A DNA stretch of 60,771 nucleotides from an uncultured Candidatus Saccharibacteria bacterium (GCA_964484005.1 CAZADR010000004.1:1-60771), one strand, 5' to 3'. Positions 6,154-13,702 are shown, numbered from the stretch's first letter. The notes: a model not told the origin generated them from the letters alone. Made by a program: numbers and translations.

Positions 6154-8352
6154 ATGAAGAAAATCAATCAATATCTACAGGGCACAGTCGCATTAACCAT
6201 ACTAGCTATCGGAGCTATATTTTTTGGACTTTCTTTCAAAAATGTAGAGGCCGCTGATTTAGTTTCGGGTAGCATAGGCATTACCCCAAACACGATCAAT
6301 GCAGGGGAATCCGCTACTATACAGTGGAGTTCTTATAACGCTACCGTAATTTCAATTACGCCTGGCGTAGGGAGTGTTGCTTCATCTGGAAGTATTACAG
6401 TTCGTCCGACCCAAACCACTACCTACACCTTAAATATTAGCAACAGCACCAGTGCTACTACTGCGACTGCCACTGTTAATGTAATCCAAACACAGCAAGA
6501 TTTCTGTCCCAATATTGCTGGTACTCAGACTTCTGTTCCATCAGGAATGCACATAGATAATAATGGAAATTGTGTGACTAATTATACTCCGCCACCTGCT
6601 ACTGATGTCTGCCCCAATATCGCTGGTACCCAAACTTATGTTCCATCAGGAATGCACATAGACAATAATGGAAATTGTGTGACTGACTATGTTCCTACTG
6701 ATTTCTGTCCCAATATCGCTGGTACTCAAACTTCTGTTCCATCAGGAATGCACATAGATAATAATGGAAATTGTGTGACTAATTATACTCCGCCACCTGC
6801 TACTGATGTCTGCCCCAATATCGCTGGTACCCAAACTTATGTTCCATCAGGAATGCATATCGATAATAATGGAAACTGTGTTGTTGATACAATCAATAAC
6901 AATATAAGCGTAAATCTAAATGCAGATGATACAAGCATTGATGACGGTGATGAAACTGAGCTCTATTGGACCTCAAACAATGCTGTCTATTGTAATAGAA
7001 CTGGCGGTAGAAATGGCTGGTCTCTAAACAATGTAGGCATTTCCGGAGATTTTGATACAGGAAATTTGTCCTCAGATACAACTTATAGTATTACTTGCTA
7101 CAACAATGTCGGAAATTCTGCTATTGATTCTGTAACAGTTAGAGTAGAGGACGACAACAATAACGACAATGAACCAGATGTAACAACCAGAAACGCAACC
7201 AATGTCACCACATCTAGTGCTACCTTGAATGGAGAAGTAGATGGTAATGGTACCTCTGTTCGTGCTTGGTTTGAATACGGAACAAGTACAAGTCTTGGAT
7301 ATAGAACTTCAGAAAATTCTTACGGTTCTGGTTCAACTGACTACAGTAGAAGTATCTCAGGATTATCTCCAAACACCACATACTACTTCCGCGCAATGGC
7401 AGAAAATTCTGATGGCACAGCTCGTGGAAGTATCCTTACTTTCAGAACAGGACAAGGCTACAACCCACCAGTAAACAATCAACCCACAGTAGTAATCTTT
7501 GCGGATAGTACAAATATATCCTACAACGGAGCTACTACTCTAAGATGGAGTAGCTACAACGCAAGCTCTTGCTTTGCTTCCGGTGGATCTGTCGGCTGGG
7601 CTGGAGTAAAAAGTATTGGACCTGCAAGTTTCTACACTGGTTCATTAACTTCAAACAGAACTTACACCATTACTTGTACAAATAGTTTTGGTTCAGCTAC
7701 TGATTATGTGACTGTAAATGTTCGTGGACGAGTAGTAAATACTCCTGTCACTCCGACTTCTTATGTGATAATTAATTCTTCTGTGGACCGCAATCAACCT
7801 ATCGTTCCAACAATAGACAACACCAGACCTCACCCAGGAGATGAAATCAACTACACTGTAACTTACCAAAACATAGGTAATGCTTCTATCACCAATCTTA
7901 CTTTGAGATTAGACCTTCCTTATGAAGTAGATTATATGTTCTCTACTCCTAATAATCCTATTAGAAATGGAAATACTTTAATCTTCAACCTAGGAACACT
8001 CAGAGCTAATGCACAAGGTACTGTAAATGTAAGAGTACGAGTTCGAGAAAACATAGCCCCCGGAGCGGTCTTAAACTTCCCAGCAATCTTGACCTACACA
8101 GATCCTTTTGGAAATACTCAATCTGTATCTGCCAACGTTTCTGCACAAGTCTGGAGTGGTGACGGTGAAATAAAAAATGAAAGTATCTTCCTTGGAGCAA
8201 ATGTCTTTGGAGCAGATTTTCTTCCAGATAATTTATTCGGATGGTTACTATTACTCATCCTTATATTAATACTTATCTTATTGGCTAGATATCTCTACTC
8301 TGGAGTACAGCCTTTCAAGAAGAGAACAACTACAACCACAGTTCAACACTAA
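6154..8352 (+). CDS. Large cell-surface protein (signal anchor, Cys-repeat modules, FN3-like and DUF11-like regions, C-terminal TM anchor)
   Basis: Start placed at MKKINQYLQGTVALTILAIGAIFF. Contains four CPNIAGTQT[SY]VPSGMHIDNNGNCV repeats, the segments ...LNGEVDGNGTSVRAWFEYGTS...YYFRA... and PHPGDEINYTVTYQNIGNASITNL, and ends in LLLLILILILILLARYLY. Confidence 0.8.
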   Translation: MKKINQYLQGTVALTILAIGAIFFGLSFKNVEAADLVSGSIGITPNTINAGESATIQWSSYNATVISITPGVGSVASSGSITVRPTQTTTYTLNISNSTSATTATATVNVIQTQQDFCPNIAGTQTSVPSGMHIDNNGNCVTNYTPPPATDVCPNIAGTQTYVPSGMHIDNNGNCVTDYVPTDFCPNIAGTQTSVPSGMHIDNNGNCVTNYTPPPATDVCPNIAGTQTYVPSGMHIDNNGNCVVDTINNNISVNLNADDTSIDDGDETELYWTSNNAVYCNRTGGRNGWSLNNVGISGDFDTGNLSSDTTYSITCYNNVGNSAIDSVTVRVEDDNNNDNEPDVTTRNATNVTTSSATLNGEVDGNGTSVRAWFEYGTSTSLGYRTSENSYGSGSTDYSRSISGLSPNTTYYFRAMAENSDGTARGSILTFRTGQGYNPPVNNQPTVVIFADSTNISYNGATTLRWSSYNASSCFASGGSVGWAGVKSIGPASFYTGSLTSNRTYTITCTNSFGSATDYVTVNVRGRVVNTPVTPTSYVIINSSVDRNQPIVPTIDNTRPHPGDEINYTVTYQNIGNASITNLTLRLDLPYEVDYMFSTPNNPIRNGNTLIFNLGTLRANAQGTVNVRVRVRENIAPGAVLNFPAILTYTDPFGNTQSVSANVSAQVWSGDGEIKNESIFLGANVFGADFLPDNLFGWLLLLILILILILLARYLYSGVQPFKKRTTTTTVQH
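6499..6900 (+). repeat. In-frame tandem repeat: two near-identical 201-bp units, each made of two ~100-bp subunits
   Basis: GATTTCTGTCCCAATAT... recurs at 6499 and 6700; GATGTCTGCCCCAATATCGC... recurs at 6604 and 6805. Confidence 0.9.
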
Positions 8353-8380
8353 AAATAACAAAGTGCACAAACCTGTGCTA

Positions 8381-8424
8381 TACCCCCACACCTATTTGTT
8401 TGATTTAAAATAGGTGTGGGGGTA
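8381..8424 (+). repeat. 44-nt conserved hairpin element, copy 1 (16-bp perfect stem, 12-nt loop)
   Basis: TACCCCCACACCTATT-tgtttgatttaa-AATAGGTGTGGGGGTA. A near-identical copy lies at 31163..31204. Confidence 0.85.
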
Positions 8425-8434
8425 TATTTGTTTT

Positions 8435-9130
8435 ATGGCCATGGATAAAGATACAGAAAAAGAAACAGAATCATACCCAATGCGAATTAATAAATACCTC
8501 GCATTAAAACAAATCTCCACTAGGAGGGGGGCTGACGAACTGGTAGAAAATAAAAAAGTATTTATCAATGGTAAGCTTGCCGTACTAGGCAGCAAAGTAA
8601 ATGAAACAGATAAAGTAGAAATAAGAGGTTCTAAGCAAAAAGAATATGTTTACTATGCCTACAACAAGCCTATTGGCACCGAGACCAGCTCTCCAAGAGA
8701 AGACCTATTCCCTCTCGGCAGGCTAGATAAGAATTCTCACGGCCTACTCATCCTCACCAATGACGGACGCATTACCGACCGACTTTTAAATCCAAAATAT
8801 TTTCACGAAAAAGAATATGTTGTTCGTACTAAAGAAAAACTTCGCTCTAGTTTTAAACAAAAAATGGAAGCTGGAGTAAATATTGAAGGTTATCAAACTC
8901 AAAAATGCAAAGTAAAAATATTGGGTCCCAACACTTTCAAGGTAATTTTAACTGAAGGAAAGAAACACCAAATTCGCCGAATGTGTTCCACACTATTTCA
9001 AGAAGTAGCAGATTTGAAACGCGAAAGAATCATGAACATAAAACTCGGCACCCTAAAAGAAAAAGGACTCAGGGAAATAAAAGGAGAAGAACTTTCTACT
9101 TTTCTAGATCAAGTACTTCATCAATCCTAA
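8435..9130 (+). CDS. Pseudouridine synthase, RsuA/RluF family (S4 domain + catalytic domain)
   Basis: MRINKYLALKQISTRRGADELVENKKVFINGK is an S4 domain; GRLDKNSHGLLILTNDG contains the catalytic Asp motif. The start is uncertain (8435 or 8480; the ORF opens at 8414). Confidence 0.85.
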   Translation: MAMDKDTEKETESYPMRINKYLALKQISTRRGADELVENKKVFINGKLAVLGSKVNETDKVEIRGSKQKEYVYYAYNKPIGTETSSPREDLFPLGRLDKNSHGLLILTNDGRITDRLLNPKYFHEKEYVVRTKEKLRSSFKQKMEAGVNIEGYQTQKCKVKILGPNTFKVILTEGKKHQIRRMCSTLFQEVADLKRERIMNIKLGTLKEKGLREIKGEELSTFLDQVLHQS

Positions 9131-9136
9131 TTTGTT
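9096..9136. repeat. 41-bp direct repeat, copy A (flanks the DGR cassette)
   Basis: CTACTTTTCTAGATCAAGTACTTCATCAATCCTAATTTGTT compared with copy B at 11773..11813 (CTATTTTTCTAAATCCAATACTTCATCAATCCTAATTTGTT). There are 4 mismatches and the last 25 nt are identical. Confidence 0.9.
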
Positions 9137-10097
9137 GTCTTAATTTATATTCATCTCCATGCGAGAGCATCCCCAAATAAGATTGAACGGATTCCTCTTT
9201 TGGATTCTGTGCAAGATTCCTCAACATTCTGTTTTTAGTAGTGGTTCTCAACACTCTATGGTGGGGAAAATTAACCCAACCTAGGAAGTCTACACCTGAG
9301 GCAAGAGTTTTGATATAAACTTTATCTGGGTGCATTTCTAATTTTAATTTCTCTTTTAAATAACCTCTCATATATGATAGGCTAAACAGGGGTTCATCTT
9401 TGTTTTTAGAAAATAAAACAAAATCATCCGCGTAGCGTATGTAATATTTAACTTTCAATTCCCTTTTCACATATTGATCAAATTCATTCATGTAGATATT
9501 AACTAGCAATTGAGAAGTCAGGTTGCCTAAAGGTAATCCAGCTAGGCCTTGCCTAGCTGAGAAACTATCTATCAACTGCCCCAGAAGCCAGAGAACATCT
9601 TTGTCTTGAATGTGTTTCGCCAGAATTTTTTTTAATATTTTATGGTCAATATTGGCAAAAAACTTTCTGATATCGCACTTTAGAACATAGCAGGTTTTAG
9701 TACTGTTTTTTGAAACGATTCTTGAGAAATCTCGGAATCTATTAACGGCTTTGTGGGTGCCTTTGTTTACCCTGCAAGAATATGAATCATGGATGAATTT
9801 GGTGTCGAAAAATAAATATAGTTCTTGATAAATTAAGTGGTGAAGCAGCCTGTCTCTTACTGTAGCTTTATGTATTTCCCTGGGCTTTGGGTCAGAAATA
9901 TTAAACGCGTGATAACCACCATGTTTGTAAGTCTTATTTTTTAAATCACTATAAAGTTCTGATATATTGTCCATCAATCTAGCCTGAAATAAAATTACAT
10001 CTTTTTTGTTTTTCTTATCACGCAAAAATTCCTGCCAAGCTTTGAGCAGTTTTTCTATGGTTATGATATTATCGTATGTATGAATAAATTGTTTCAT
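9096..10097 (-). CDS. DGR-type reverse transcriptase
   Basis: 333 aa. Contains ...NISDPKPREIHKATVRDRLLHHLIY..., GLPLGNLTSQLLVNIYMNEFD (DGR RT signature) and YIRYADDFVLF (YxDD). The last 13 codons lie in direct repeat A and equal the C-terminus of the ABC-F gene. Confidence 0.9.
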   Translation of the reverse strand: MKQFIHTYDNIITIEKLLKAWQEFLRDKKNKKDVILFQARLMDNISELYSDLKNKTYKHGGYHAFNISDPKPREIHKATVRDRLLHHLIYQELYLFFDTKFIHDSYSCRVNKGTHKAVNRFRDFSRIVSKNSTKTCYVLKCDIRKFFANIDHKILKKILAKHIQDKDVLWLLGQLIDSFSARQGLAGLPLGNLTSQLLVNIYMNEFDQYVKRELKVKYYIRYADDFVLFSKNKDEPLFSLSYMRGYLKEKLKLEMHPDKVYIKTLASGVDFLGWVNFPHHRVLRTTTKNRMLRNLAQNPKEESVQSYLGMLSHGDEYKLRQQIRIDEVLDLEK

Positions 10098-10497
10098 GTT
10101 TCTATACCCCCCCCCCGCAGCGCTCTCAGTTCCTTCGGCGCTTCTAAAAACAAAAATTGCCTATTCTTTCTGGTTTAAAATATATAACGACTTCCCCAAA
10201 ACTCATCGCTATACCCTAGGCGGCAAAATTGAAGATTATTTTCTTGGTCTTTTGGAAAATATTTTCATATCCCTCTATCTTCCGCCGGAAACTAAAGCAT
10301 CTCGTCTTGTTGTCGCAATTTCCAAACTGGACGGCATAAAATTTTTCTTGCAAATAGCTTGGGAAAATAAATGTATCAAAGATGAGAAATATTCTTTACT
10401 TTCAGAACACTTACAAGAAATTGGCAGAATGCTCGGTGGCTGGAAGAGAGGCTTGGAAAAGAAAACTCCTCCAACTAAGGAGGAGAAACGGGTTTAG
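10096..10497 (+). CDS. avd: Avd-like four-helix-bundle accessory protein (DGR accessory variability determinant)
   Basis: 133 aa. KIAYSFWFKIYNDFPKTHRYTLGGKIEDYFLGLLENIF... resembles the four-helix-bundle / 23S rRNA IVS protein family. Its start overlaps the RT start within CATG, on the opposite strand. Confidence 0.7.
   Translation: MFLYPPPAALSVPSALLKTKIAYSFWFKIYNDFPKTHRYTLGGKIEDYFLGLLENIFISLYLPPETKASRLVVAISKLDGIKFFLQIAWENKCIKDEKYSLLSEHLQEIGRMLGGWKRGLEKKTPPTKEEKRV
10107..10116. repeat. C10/G10 homopolymer tract
   Basis: Ten consecutive C on the plus strand. They fall in codons 4-7 of avd (Y-P-P-P) and, as G10, lie 10-19 nt upstream of the RT ATG on the minus strand. Confidence 0.95.
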
Positions 10498-10500
10498 TTT

Positions 10501-10613
10501 CGGAGAGAAGATACGATGCCTGTTGTCACTGTTCCAGATGTTGTCGTTCGAAACATGGTTCAGGTTGGCGTTGAGCTTACCGTCATCGTTCACATTCACA
10601 TTGGCAACGAAGA
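10501..10613 (-). repeat. DGR template repeat (TR)
   Basis: Gap-free alignment with 11000..11112. All 21 differences are at minus-strand adenines of this copy. It translates to the Asn-rich sequence NVNVNDDGKLNANLNHVSNDNIWNSDN. Confidence 0.9.
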
Positions 10614-10901
10614 ATTGTAAGATGAGCCATCTATTTCACTGCCGACTTGAGCATATTTTAATATAAAAAGTCGTGCTGTATATTATTTTGGGGTATAGAA
10701 CCCCACCAGCTCACCCCACCAACTTTTATGTTTTTTGTTTTAAAAAAGAATTTACTCTTCTCTAAGTTTTAGCCGAGAGAACTCTCAAATTAGTTTTTAA
10801 GTAATCACGGCTTGAAGTGTTGACCGCAAGCATTTCCCGATTACAAGTTCAGTATATTAAAAAAATTCAAAAGGGTCAAAGTAAAAAAGTTTCAAAGTGG
10901 C

Positions 10902-10938
10902 AAAAAAAATCCCGAGTTACGATGATTTGTAACTCGGG
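10902..10938 (-). terminator. Rho-independent terminator of the DGR target gene
   Basis: On the minus strand: CCCGAGTTAC-aaatcatc-GTAACTCGGG followed by T8. Confidence 0.75.
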
Positions 10939-10966
10939 AGAGCGATTCGTCGCTCGACGTTTGGCG

Positions 10967-11656
10967 TTATGCCGATTCGGAGGAAACAAGTGCCTGTTGC
11001 GGAGAGAAGATACGATGCCTGAGGCCACTGCTCCAGATGTAGCCGCCCGAAACATGGCACAGGCCGGCGCGGAGCCCACCGTCATCGTCCACACCCACAC
11101 GGGCAACGAAGACATTTGAGAGGTCTTCGGTGACTACTTCATCGCCCCTGGTGAGGACGAAGAAGTTAGCGTAGCCGTTTCTCTGAAGCTTGTCTGAATC
11201 ATCCAGACAGAGACTCAGGAATTGACTACCGAGCAGACGAAACTTCTCGAGTTCCTCTGCGGTGTTGCCGAGGAACTCGGTGAACTGCCCGTTACGCACG
11301 AGCTCGTCAGCAGCAACTTCGGTCTCGGGAGCAACTCCCGAGAATACGATGCCAAAGCTTTCGAACTCTGGAGCGAAGTAGCCTCGGAATACTTTGCGCG
11401 CCGTTGAGTAGGTGTCCTTACCACTCGTCGCACCGAGCTTGAGGGTGAAGAGATGGCGGAGGTAGGTTTTGACCTCCTTCGTCGTTTCCACCACTTTCTT
11501 CCTCCACTCCCTCACAAACTTCGCGAGGTCGTTGAAGAATTCGATGTCATCCTCCGGACGACCTAGACGGTTGGCGATGTCGAGCAGAAGCCCGAGCATC
11601 TTTACAGGAACTCCGACGAGTGCACGAGTGAGCGGGCCGAGCATATCCTTAGACAT
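10967..11656 (-). CDS. DGR variable (target) protein, unknown fold, no signal peptide, GC-rich
   Basis: 229 aa. The VR occupies the C-terminal ~38 codons (...FVARVGVDDDGGLRAGLCHVSGGYIWSSGLRHRIF...). Confidence 0.85.
   Translation of the reverse strand: MSKDMLGPLTRALVGVPVKMLGLLLDIANRLGRPEDDIEFFNDLAKFVREWRKKVVETTKEVKTYLRHLFTLKLGATSGKDTYSTARKVFRGYFAPEFESFGIVFSGVAPETEVAADELVRNGQFTEFLGNTAEELEKFRLLGSQFLSLCLDDSDKLQRNGYANFFVLTRGDEVVTEDLSNVFVARVGVDDDGGLRAGLCHVSGGYIWSSGLRHRIFSPQQALVSSESA
11000..11112 (-). repeat. DGR variable repeat (VR)
   Basis: Counterpart of the TR at an offset of 499 nt. 11000..11021 is identical to TR 10501..10522 (IMH-like end). Confidence 0.9.
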
Positions 11657-11772
11657 GATCTCTTTCTCCTTTCAGGAGCTGTTCTATATGGCAACGAAAT
11701 TGTCACCATAGCTTTAATTCAAAGGACTTAATACTCTTATATTATACACCCAATGGATGAAAAAGTCAAGGG

Positions 11773-11813
11773 CTATTTTTCTAAATCCAATACTTCATCA
11801 ATCCTAATTTGTT
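11773..11813. repeat. 41-bp direct repeat, copy B
   Basis: Lies at the 3' end of the ABC-F gene. See copy A at 9096..9136. Confidence 0.9.
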
Positions 11814-13269
11814 TTACGAATTCAGGAACATGGGAAACCAAAATCATGGCACCCTTATATTCGTCTAACGCTTTAGCTATTATAGGTAAATGACGGAAAT
11901 TTATATGATTTGTTGGCTCATCTAATATTAAGAGTCCAGGTTTTTGAAGAACTAATCGAGCAAAAGCAACCAGGCCCTTTTGCCCCTCAGATAGGTCTCC
12001 TATTTTAGTACGAATAAATTCCTCAGTAATTAAAAATCCAGCAGCAATGGAACGCATCCTTTCTTCATCTAGTCTTTCCCCGCCTTCCTGCATGGCAGTC
12101 GCCAATGATTGATAAACAGTATCTTCAAAGTTTAAAGTAGAAAAATCTTGCCTATAATATCCAATACGAATTCCCTCTTTTACTTTTTCTCCTTCTGCGT
12201 GCCCACTAGCGAGTCTTTCTAGTAGAGTAGTTTTACCTATACCATTTGGTCCCTGCAGGAGTAAGTGTTGATTTTTATTTAAAGAAATGTGCGCTTTTCG
12301 TTTTATTATTTTCCCATCTTTCATGGTGGTAAAAGAAGAAATTTTTAAAATCTCCCCTATTAAGTCTGGTTGAGAAAGAATGATAAATGGCCTAATGGCC
12401 TTGTCTTCTTTTCTGACATCCACGATTTCCTCTTCGAGTTCTTCTGCTTTTTCACGCATTCTTTTGGCCACCAAGCGTAGTCGCCCCCCTTTATAAGCAA
12501 AAACATTGGCTTGCTCTTTTTTAGCCTGAATTTCTTTTTGAAGCTGAGCATTTTTCATATTTTCTTTTTCTACCCGAGCGACAATGTCTTTTACCACATT
12601 AAAATAGTTACCTACATATTGCTCTATCTTTTTTGTATACACATCTAAATAAAGCACACCTTCAGTAAAGGCATTTAAAAATTCTGCATCGTGGGATATG
12701 ACCAAAACTGTTTTTTTATAACTAACCAAGAATTTTGTCAGGTGGGCAATCCCAGCTTTATCTAGATTATTTGTCGGTTCATCAAGTAAAAGCAAATCTG
12801 GATCTTGGATGAGGGCTCCCGCCAAAAGAAGTCGCGCTTGTTGCCCTCCAGAAAAATCTTTAATAAGCTTGTCGTGAATTTTAGTGTGTCCTCTTAAATT
12901 TACTACTTCTAACACATCATCAATTTTAGGATCAATATCGTAAACCTTAACCTTAAAACATTTTTCAAAAAATTCTCGAACAGTCAAATCTAGCTCCTCA
13001 CGAGGGATTACTTGTCTCGCCGAAGCGATACTTACACCTTTAACTACATTTATGATTCCTGATTCAGGGGTATTTAAACCAGAAATCAAACCAAAGATAG
13101 TACTCTTTCCTGCCCCATTCTGACCCATTAAGGTGAGCTTTACTCCACGCCTTATGGTAAAGCTAACTTCTTCTAAAATAGGCTTGTTTACACCCCATTC
13201 AAAAGAAACATTGTCGAATCTGACTATGGTTTCCTGTGTTTTTGGATTATCTTTAGTTTCCTTAGACAT
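11773..13269 (-). CDS. ABC-F family ATPase (two ABC cassettes, no TM domain)
   Basis: Two Walker A sites (GQNGAGKST, GPNGIGKTT), two LSGGQ-like signatures (FSGGQQ, LSEGQK) and two Walker B sites (LLLLDEPTN, LLILDEPTN), joined by a charged linker. The ATG at 13269 is preferred over the TTG at 13272. Confidence 0.9.
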   Translation of the reverse strand: MSKETKDNPKTQETIVRFDNVSFEWGVNKPILEEVSFTIRRGVKLTLMGQNGAGKSTIFGLISGLNTPESGIINVVKGVSIASARQVIPREELDLTVREFFEKCFKVKVYDIDPKIDDVLEVVNLRGHTKIHDKLIKDFSGGQQARLLLAGALIQDPDLLLLDEPTNNLDKAGIAHLTKFLVSYKKTVLVISHDAEFLNAFTEGVLYLDVYTKKIEQYVGNYFNVVKDIVARVEKENMKNAQLQKEIQAKKEQANVFAYKGGRLRLVAKRMREKAEELEEEIVDVRKEDKAIRPFIILSQPDLIGEILKISSFTTMKDGKIIKRKAHISLNKNQHLLLQGPNGIGKTTLLERLASGHAEGEKVKEGIRIGYYRQDFSTLNFEDTVYQSLATAMQEGGERLDEERMRSIAAGFLITEEFIRTKIGDLSEGQKGLVAFARLVLQKPGLLILDEPTNHINFRHLPIIAKALDEYKGAMILVSHVPEFVKQIRIDEVLDLEK

Positions 13270-13312
13270 CAATGTAGATTAGCTTATTTAGGCTTAAATA
13301 GAAAGGGCTTGA

Positions 13313-13363
13313 CCCCGCTTAGAGGCAGAGGGTCGCTGTGAGCCCTCGAGGCCTCTAACGGGG
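13313..13363. repeat. GC-rich long hairpin in the divergent intergenic region
   Basis: CCCCGCTTAGAGGC ... GCCTCTAACGGGG enclosing an inner GAGGG/CCCTC hairpin. It lies immediately upstream of the csp promoter. Confidence 0.6.
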
Positions 13364-13393
13364 TTGACAAAATGGGTTCATTTGTGATATACT
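13364..13393 (+). promoter_or_regulatory. Sigma70-like promoter of csp (TTGACA-N18-TATACT), ~110-nt leader
   Basis: TTGACA at 13364..13369 and TATACT at 13388..13393. Confidence 0.55.
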
Positions 13394-13504
13394 TGTAAGA
13401 CAAAGTAGTACGTAGGTTTCTTTAAGTTTTTTAATTTAAAGAGGCAAAAAAATAGTCGATCTCGTAGAACACTTTTGTATTTAACAATTTAACTAAAAAC
13501 ATCA

Positions 13505-13702
13505 ATGACTGGTACAATAAAAAAGCTCACTGATAAAGGTTTCGGCTTTATAACCGGAGAAGGCCTTGCGAAAGATTTATTCTTTCACAGCAACTCTCTA
13601 GTTGGCACAACTTTTGACGAGCTAAAAGAAGGTGATGCTGTTTCTTTTGAAACAGAAGAGTCACCAAAAGGATTGAATGCTGTGAACGTACAACGCGCAT
13701 AA
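13505..13702 (+). CDS. cspA: Cold-shock protein (CSD)
   Basis: 65 aa. GTIKKLTDKGFGFITGEG...DLFFH contains the RNP1/RNP2 motifs. Confidence 0.9.
   Translation: MTGTIKKLTDKGFGFITGEGLAKDLFFHSNSLVGTTFDELKEGDAVSFETEESPKGLNAVNVQRA

Noticed and set aside
10817-11119. Plus-strand 100-aa ORF and other small ORFs (10382..10666, 10411..10599, 10876..11115) over the TR/VR region
   Set aside because: They overlap the VR-bearing minus-strand gene or the non-coding TR copy. The TR 'ORF' is simply the untranslated template image of the VR.
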